Shown here piece after piece: positions 58,023 to 64,000 of a stretch of 64,000 bases of DNA. Both the position numbers and the translations under genes were made by a program. Below the pieces are notes generated by a model that worked only from the letters and a program-made list of their open reading frames with translations, was not told the origin of the DNA and did no database searches. Source of the DNA: Candidatus Latescibacterota bacterium (lineage in GTDB: Bacteria > Latescibacterota > UBA2968 > GCA-2709665); the NCBI GenBank assembly GCA_963667175.2, contig CAXXXF010000014.1:128001-192000 (forward strand). The letters run 5' to 3'. Position 1 is the first letter of the stretch. Every line of letters begins with the position of its first letter.

Positions 58023-60011
58023 TTAATACAAATATCGGTCGCGGAGGAACCCAGCTATCTCGGCAACGGTTGTCTCCGTACCTCGAATCGCATCGTGGAC
58101 GCGAACGTGCCACGGTTCCGGTCCCAGCGCCGCCCGCCAGTTCCGGATCGCCGAAACGTTGTCCCGGCCCGCCTTCTCGAGCGATCCGAGCGCGGCATGC
58201 AACTGTGTCTGGACGTCCGCGTCAGCCAGGTCGCACGTCGCCACCTGTTCCGCGACGCAATAGATGCACCGGGCCAGTTCCACGTAGGTCATCACCACGC
58301 GTGTCTCATTGGCGCGATGCGGACGCTCGAATTCAGAAGCGATCCGGATTGCCTGACGGCACGCGTCGGCCTTTTGTTCAAAGGCCCTCTCATCTTCAAA
58401 ATAGCGGAACATGCCCTCGCCGAGATACGGCCGCTCTTTCCGCCGAATCATCTCAGCCGCTTTGCCCCAGGAATAACAGATCGGAAAATCCGAATCGTAG
58501 ACGTCGAACGCCACGGGCCCCGTCCGTTCCGACCATTCCCCGAACGCGTCGGCGTCCCGATACCCTTCCCGCGTGGCCCACGCGGCGGCGAACTCCCTTT
58601 CGCTACGTCCGTTCAGGTTCCACGAATACTCCGCCAGGGCCGCGACGTTGTACCCGCACGTCTCCTTGCCCTTGGTGACCCACGCCATCATTCCGTAGGC
58701 CCCGCTGTATTGCCTGCGAATCAGCTGCCCCACGTAGTCCCGGATCCGATGCGGTGACGACTGTGGAACCTTGAATTCAGGGGTATCCACCCTTCCGTTC
58801 GCGTTGATCGGCACGTCGTAGCTGGCGATCCATCGACCCTGCGAGGCAAGGTGATCCAGAAGCGGGTTGGCCGCCAGATCCCGGGGCAGGTGCGGCACGC
58901 GCTCCATTTCGGTTGCGCAGGCGCGTTCGATCTTGACCTCTCGCGGCAACTCCGCCACGACCCGGTAATCCCGCTCAGACGTCGTGGTCGAAAGAAACAC
59001 GCGAATGTTGAACTTGGGATACCGGGGACGAATCCGCTTCCAGGCGTCGACGAACGCCCTGGCTTCGAGCACAAACTGCCCGCGTGACGTGCAATCACCG
59101 CATTCACACTGGGCGGGCCGCTCGGTCAGCCAGCAGCCCACCTCCAGCGCGCCCTGGGATGCGATGTCCGACATCCACTCGGCCAGAATGTCCACGAGCA
59201 GAGGATTGGACGCGCAGGGCGCTCGATGCTGTTTGCCTTGCTTGTGGGCAAAATACCGCCCGGCCAGCGCGCCGTCGCCCTTGCCCGCCAACTCGGGATA
59301 GGCGCGGTACAGGCCGCGTTCGTGCAGGAAATTCAGATGGGTGATCATCGGCACATAGTGAAATCCCAGCAAACGCGCCTTTTCCATCAGAGCCGTGTCG
59401 ATCCTGGCGCGGTTGGCTTTCCCTCGCACCACCCTGGACAGTTCCGTGGTGGCCATTTTGCCGTAGTTCAATTTCATCGACGCCATCCACGGAATCCACT
59501 CCTCCGGCGGTGGAAAGTTCCACATGCCGCGTTCGTCCAGATCCGGCCAGTCGGTCACCGAAACGAGCGGAACGCGGATGCTTCCGGGCGTCAGCATCGG
59601 ATCCAGCAGTTGGCAGAGCGTCCGTGCCGCGTACGAAATTCCGGGTTCGGACAGCGCGGCAAGCTCCAGGCGCCGCCGACCCGCCGGCCGGATCGTATAT
59701 GCCTGATCGCAATTCGGCAACCCCCGCAGCAGATCCGCGTCCGGACCGCCTTCCACCAGCCCGATCGAGACTTCGAAAGCGGTGCCCGCGGACATCGCGC
59801 CCTCGCCGGTGGCGCCCGCCTGCGCAGCGCCCTGCGCTGCAGGCAGGCAAAGGCGTTCCAGCATCGCGGCCGCATGCGTCTCGACCGCGCCCGCTCCGGG
59901 CCTTACCGCAATCGAAACCTGTTCGGGCCGACATTCAATTTCGCCCTGGATCGCGATCTCGTGAGGCAGTGGCAGCAGGTGACGCTTCCACTGCTCGTAT
60001 CGACTTTCCAT
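58023..60011 (-). CDS. glycoside hydrolase family 20 domain-2 (zincin-like) containing protein
   Basis: LLPLPHE, QAYTI, G..YAARTL.QL, VTDWPDL.ERG, WMASMKLN, YPEL, CECGDC. Confidence 0.7.
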   Translation of the reverse strand: MESRYEQWKRHLLPLPHEIAIQGEIECRPEQVSIAVRPGAGAVETHAAAMLERLCLPAAQGAAQAGATGEGAMSAGTAFEVSIGLVEGGPDADLLRGLPNCDQAYTIRPAGRRRLELAALSEPGISYAARTLCQLLDPMLTPGSIRVPLVSVTDWPDLDERGMWNFPPPEEWIPWMASMKLNYGKMATTELSRVVRGKANRARIDTALMEKARLLGFHYVPMITHLNFLHERGLYRAYPELAGKGDGALAGRYFAHKQGKQHRAPCASNPLLVDILAEWMSDIASQGALEVGCWLTERPAQCECGDCTSRGQFVLEARAFVDAWKRIRPRYPKFNIRVFLSTTTSERDYRVVAELPREVKIERACATEMERVPHLPRDLAANPLLDHLASQGRWIASYDVPINANGRVDTPEFKVPQSSPHRIRDYVGQLIRRQYSGAYGMMAWVTKGKETCGYNVAALAEYSWNLNGRSEREFAAAWATREGYRDADAFGEWSERTGPVAFDVYDSDFPICYSWGKAAEMIRRKERPYLGEGMFRYFEDERAFEQKADACRQAIRIASEFERPHRANETRVVMTYVELARCIYCVAEQVATCDLADADVQTQLHAALGSLEKAGRDNVSAIRNWRAALGPEPWHVRVHDAIRGTETTVAEIAGFLRDRYLY

Positions 60012-60326
60012 CCCTCAATTACCCCATGGTGTCCTGTCCCAAAAACACCTCGCCATTCGGCCGAATTCGGGCAACGTATTTCCGGGACAGAACACTGATC
60101 GCACGTCAACTCCGCATTGACGACGTTTGAGGATTGTCGAAGAAACCCGCCCGGACCACGGCCTTGTGCGCGGCCGCGAACCGCCCGTCGGCCGCCGGCG
60201 TGGTCCCACGGGTACGCGCTGTCGCACCGGACGCAGACGCGGTATATGATTGCAACGGGAACCCGGAAAGTCAAGCCATAACAGCAGGACGATTCGACGG
60301 AACTCATCGCTGATTTCAGGAAAACC

Positions 60327-60369
60327 TTGACAGCCCGCGACCCGATGCTTAACATTGTCACATTGACAA
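60327..60369 (+). promoter_or_regulatory. sigma70-type promoter of dut-ispH with downstream palindrome
   Basis: TTGACA-17 nt-TAACAT, then TTGTCA-CAT-TGACAA (60355-60369). Confidence 0.6.
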
Positions 60370-60394
60370 ACCGGCCACGAAAGGAAGCGCGACA

Positions 60395-60841
60395 CTGAGC
60401 GAGTCAGTCAGGAAAATCCAGGTCAGACGAGTGGACCCGACGCTGCCTCTGCCGCGCCATCAGACATCGGGTTCGGTCGGATTCGATCTGCTCTGCCGGA
60501 AGGACATGGTCGTCCCGCCGGGCGAAATCCGTCTTGTTCCGGCCAATCTCATCGTTGCGGTACCTCCCGGTTACATGCTCCTTCTTGCAGCCCGCAGCAG
60601 CCTGCCGCACAGAAAGGGCCTGATGGTACCGAACGGCGTGGGCATTGTCGATCAGGATTACCGGGGTCCCAATGACGAGATCCACGTCCAGGTCTACAAC
60701 TTTACAGGTCGTCAGGTGAGGGTCCAGCGCCTCGAACGGCTCGCACAGGGGATTTTCGTCCGTATCGTCCAGGCCGACTGGACAGAGACCGAAACCCTCG
60801 GCGCGTCCGACCGGGGCGGATTCGGGAGCACCGGACGCTAA
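60395..60841 (+). CDS. dut: dUTP diphosphatase
   Basis: SVGFDL, ARSSL, NGVGIVDQDYRG, RLAQG, RGGFGSTG. Frame is open upstream to CTG 60395 after AAGGA. Confidence 0.95.
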   Translation: MSESVRKIQVRRVDPTLPLPRHQTSGSVGFDLLCRKDMVVPPGEIRLVPANLIVAVPPGYMLLLAARSSLPHRKGLMVPNGVGIVDQDYRGPNDEIHVQVYNFTGRQVRVQRLERLAQGIFVRIVQADWTETETLGASDRGGFGSTGR

Positions 60842-60912
60842 CGGTACGGATAAGGCGGCCCCCCGGCTTATTGCTTGCCGGACGGGTCCGATTCACAGGC
60901 CGGAGCCGAGTC

Positions 60913-62136
60913 ATGGCACGCCAGTTCGACATTCCCGACTTCTACAAGAGTCCGGTTATCTCACGCGTGAAGGCGTTCAGGCAGATGCAGGACATGCGCA
61001 AACGGGACCTCTCGCCTTCAGTGCTCGACTTCGGCCCGGTACGGTTTCTGCTGGCCCGGCATTTCGGGTTCTGCTTCGGGGTGGAGAACGCAATTGAAAT
61101 CGCTTACAAGACCCTGGACGAGCACCCGGATCGACGCATCTATTTCCTCAACGAGATGATTCACAATTCGAACGTCAACAACGACCTGAAGGACAGGGGC
61201 GTGGAGTTTATTTTCGACCCGTACGGGATGCAACTCATCCCATGGGAGCATCTTTCTCGGGAAGACATCGTTGTGGTGCCCGCGTTCGGCACCACGTTGG
61301 AGATTCAGGAGGCCCTTGCCGCCCGCGGTATCGACGCCTACACGTACAACACGACGTGCCCCTTTGTGGAGCGGGTCTGGAACCGCAGCGCCAAACTGGG
61401 CGATTCAGGATTCTCCGTGGTCGTGCACGGTAACGACACCCACCAGGAGACCCGCGCCACCTTCTCCCACAGCGTCCGAAACGCGCCTACGGTTGTTGTC
61501 ATGGACGTGGAGGAGACGCACATCCTCGCCGACTTCATCCGGGGCGCCTCAGACCATGAAGCTTTTTTCGCACGATTCGGTCACAAGTGCTCCGAAGGCT
61601 TTGACCCGGACCTGCACCTCGATCGCATCGGAATCGTCAATCAGACCACCATGCTGGCTGCCGAGACGAGGCAGATCGCCGAGGTCATCCGCGAAGCCCT
61701 CGCGGACCGTTATGGTGAGGAAAACCTGCAGAATCACTACGCCGACACGTCGGATACGCTCTGCTACGCGACCAATGAAAACCAGAACGCGACCTACGCC
61801 CTGATCGACCAGGATGCCGACCTGGCGCTCGTCGTCGGCGGTTACAACTCGTCCAACACGTCGCACATTGTGGAGCTCTGCCTCGAACGGATGCCCACCT
61901 ATTTTATCAAGGACGCTGATGAGATCCGTTCGGAATCCATGATCCGCCACTTCAACCTTGAAACAAAAAAAACCGCCTTGACGACGGACTGGATTCCGGG
62001 AAATCGCCCCTTGTGCATGGCGCTGACGTCCGGCGCCTCCTGCCCGGACGCCATTGTCGACGCAGTGCTGTTGCGCGTCCTTTCCTTTTTCGAGCCCGCC
62101 CGCTCCCTCGACGACGTCCTCGCCCGCTACGCATGA
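60913..62136 (+). CDS. ispH: 4-hydroxy-3-methylbut-2-enyl diphosphate reductase
   Basis: FGFCFGVENA, EMIHN, TCPFV, NQTTM, TLCYATNENQ, GGYNSSNT, GASCP. Confidence 0.95.
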   Translation: MARQFDIPDFYKSPVISRVKAFRQMQDMRKRDLSPSVLDFGPVRFLLARHFGFCFGVENAIEIAYKTLDEHPDRRIYFLNEMIHNSNVNNDLKDRGVEFIFDPYGMQLIPWEHLSREDIVVVPAFGTTLEIQEALAARGIDAYTYNTTCPFVERVWNRSAKLGDSGFSVVVHGNDTHQETRATFSHSVRNAPTVVVMDVEETHILADFIRGASDHEAFFARFGHKCSEGFDPDLHLDRIGIVNQTTMLAAETRQIAEVIREALADRYGEENLQNHYADTSDTLCYATNENQNATYALIDQDADLALVVGGYNSSNTSHIVELCLERMPTYFIKDADEIRSESMIRHFNLETKKTALTTDWIPGNRPLCMALTSGASCPDAIVDAVLLRVLSFFEPARSLDDVLARYA

Positions 62137-62151
62137 CCCGTCCATCGCCGT

Positions 62152-63384
62152 TCAGATGGATGTCAACGGCCCGAGCGCGACCATCGCCGCTTCCCCATCC
62201 AGCGGGTAACGCTCCAGGTATTCGGCGACCCGTTTCGGCGTCACGGCGTCGATCTCGGCCAGCTCCTCTTCCAGTGTTTTCAGCGGCGTACCGGTACTCA
62301 GGCTTCCAACGACCTGTGAGAACCGCCGGAGGCCGTGCTCGCCCCCGATCACGAGGGCGGTCGCCTGTCTGGTTCTGGACCTCGCAAGGGCTTCCTCATC
62401 CACACCCCGCTTAAGGGCGTCGATTTCCCGCCGCACGATTTCCAGCACCTGCGAGACGTTCTTCGGATCGACCGAGGCGTACACGTAAAACAGACCGGTA
62501 TCGCTGAACCCGTAAAAATCAGCCGACGCCTCGTCAGCCAACCCCTGCTGGACGACCGACCAGAACAGACGGCTGTTGGTGGCCGCGCCGAGGTAGTGGG
62601 AAAGCAGACCGGCGGTCGCAGACCATTCATCGGATTCGCACGGCGCGGGATAGGCCATGGCGATATGCTCCCGAATCACGTTCGGGCGCTCCAGAACACG
62701 CCTGCAAGGCCGAAATTCCGGCGCCGCCTGCTCCCGAGCCGCCTCACTCGGTTTCCAGGCGCCGCATTGGACGTCAGCCACGCGAATCATCTCGTCACGG
62801 TCAAATCTGCCGGTCACGATGAACGACATGTTGTCCGGCGCGTATCGATCCCCGAAATATTCTGACATCTGCTCCCGGGAGATCGACCCGACGGTGTGCT
62901 CGGTGCCAAGTACGCTCTGTCCGAGCGGGTGACCCGCGAACGCTTCCTGAATCAGTTCGTCGATAATCAGCGCGTCGGGCCGATCGCGGTACATCGCGAT
63001 CTCTTCGAGGATGACTTTCTTCTCCACGTCGAACTGGTCTTCCGGCAGCGTCGACCGCATCATGTCGGCCAGAATTTCCGCCGAATTCGCGGCCCGTTCG
63101 CTCTGAACCCAGTGAAAATAGGCCGTGCCCTCCCACCAGGTATACGCATTCCACATGGCGCCCAGATCGTCGACGTCGAGACTCAGCTGGCGCCAGTCCC
63201 GGCTTGCCGTTCCCTTGAAGCACATATGTTCCAGAAAGTGTGACACGCCGGCCAGGTTTGCGGGTTCGTCGCGCGAGCCGGTATGAACGTAGAATCCCAG
63301 TGCTGCGGAGTTTATCCTGGGAATCGCCTCAAATACCAGTTGAAGACCGTTATCGAGCGCGTGGGTGGAAAACGTTGACTGCAT
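62152..63384 (-). CDS. M16 (pitrilysin) family zinc peptidase, active subunit
   Basis: GSRDE...GVSHFLEHMCFKGT, NAYT, EKKVILEEI.MY.D. Confidence 0.92.
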   Translation of the reverse strand: MQSTFSTHALDNGLQLVFEAIPRINSAALGFYVHTGSRDEPANLAGVSHFLEHMCFKGTASRDWRQLSLDVDDLGAMWNAYTWWEGTAYFHWVQSERAANSAEILADMMRSTLPEDQFDVEKKVILEEIAMYRDRPDALIIDELIQEAFAGHPLGQSVLGTEHTVGSISREQMSEYFGDRYAPDNMSFIVTGRFDRDEMIRVADVQCGAWKPSEAAREQAAPEFRPCRRVLERPNVIREHIAMAYPAPCESDEWSATAGLLSHYLGAATNSRLFWSVVQQGLADEASADFYGFSDTGLFYVYASVDPKNVSQVLEIVRREIDALKRGVDEEALARSRTRQATALVIGGEHGLRRFSQVVGSLSTGTPLKTLEEELAEIDAVTPKRVAEYLERYPLDGEAAMVALGPLTSI

Positions 63385-63405
63385 GGAAATCTCCCGTCGT
63401 TCTGC

Positions 63406-64000
63406 TCAGGTACGCTGTACGTCCAGGGCTCTCGGCCCCAGTGTAACAAGCGTGGCCGGCGACGGCGGAAACGCATCGAGACAGGCTGGCACCCGGTCCA
63501 GCGTCACGCCGTCAATCCCTTCCGCAATCTGGTGAATGGAACGCGGCCGCCCATCCAGAAACAGGCCGTCCATCATACTGCCCACGCGGCCTTCCGGCAA
63601 ATCGCCGGTCGTGAACAACTGACCCTTCAGGACGGTCTTCGCCCGGTCGAGTTCGGCCTGCGTCACGTCCTCCGCGAGCCGCCCGACCTCCCGCCGGCAC
63701 ACGGAAAGGGTTTCATCCGCGCGTTCGGCCGTGGTGCCGGCATACAGCGCAATCAGACCGCCGCCCCGACGCGCCCGATAAGAGGCCGAGACACTGTACG
63801 CCAACCCCCGCTTCTCTCTGACCTCCGTGAACAGCCGGCTGGACCCGCTGCCAGAGAGTACGGACACCGCCAACTGGGCGGGATAGTAGTACTCGTGGCC
63901 CCGTGGCGCGGCTTCAAAAAGAATGCCGATGTGGGCCTGCTCGGACTCCTTGGGACGGTGTACGGACCGATCCGCCACGGATACCGGTTGTGGATTGCCG
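63406..64000 (-). CDS. M16 family peptidase partner subunit (5' end outside the window)
   Basis: QAHIGI, LSG..SSRLFTEVREKRGLAYSV. Adjacent to the active M16 gene. Confidence 0.88.
   Translation of the reverse strand, partial: GNPQPVSVADRSVHRPKESEQAHIGILFEAAPRGHEYYYPAQLAVSVLSGSGSSRLFTEVREKRGLAYSVSASYRARRGGGLIALYAGTTAERADETLSVCRREVGRLAEDVTQAELDRAKTVLKGQLFTTGDLPEGRVGSMMDGLFLDGRPRSIHQIAEGIDGVTLDRVPACLDAFPPSPATLVTLGPRALDVQRT

Noticed and set aside
1-64000. tRNA, rRNA, integrase or transposase genes
   Set aside because: None recognised by eye; the autonomous partners of the MITEs would have to lie elsewhere.

Overview
Bacterial DNA, mostly GC-rich; the gene content (Bacteroidota-type IspH, DUF3604, several Gfo/Idh/MocA and enolase-superfamily genes, many MITE/REP-like repeats) suggests an uncultured FCB/Gemmatimonadota-Latescibacterota-like organism, which is an inference. 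Layout: (1) ~1-12.2 kb is an AT-richer, defence-island-like accessory region. It holds an HTH + PLD-like (HDR motif) protein translationally coupled to a 713-aa helical protein, a HEPN-motif protein, a Type IIG-like R-M fusion that appears to lack its SAM-binding motif I, orphans, and a RelE-like toxin with an atypical upstream partner. (2) 12.2-18 kb is a repeat-rich patchwork (GH127-like, SWIM, adhesin relic). (3) 18-47 kb is housekeeping/catabolic: a non-canonical PolX-PHP, M42, a sugar/acid catabolism cluster, rarA, GGT, Mrp, and an RND system with a large membrane insertion. (4) 47.1-48.9 kb is a brnT toxin coupled to an antitoxin-peptide/sacsin-type GHKL ATPase fusion, now truncated. (5) 49-64 kb has bactofilin, hflX, a minus-strand operon with a DUF4910/M28-AAC(3) fusion, dut, ispH and an M16 pair. 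At least three families of short dispersed elements occur. Many genes between 12.5 and 27.6 kb carry +1 indels in G/C runs that look like sequencing errors. No rRNA, tRNA or CRISPR array was seen. All family assignments come from motif recognition by eye, not from database searches.
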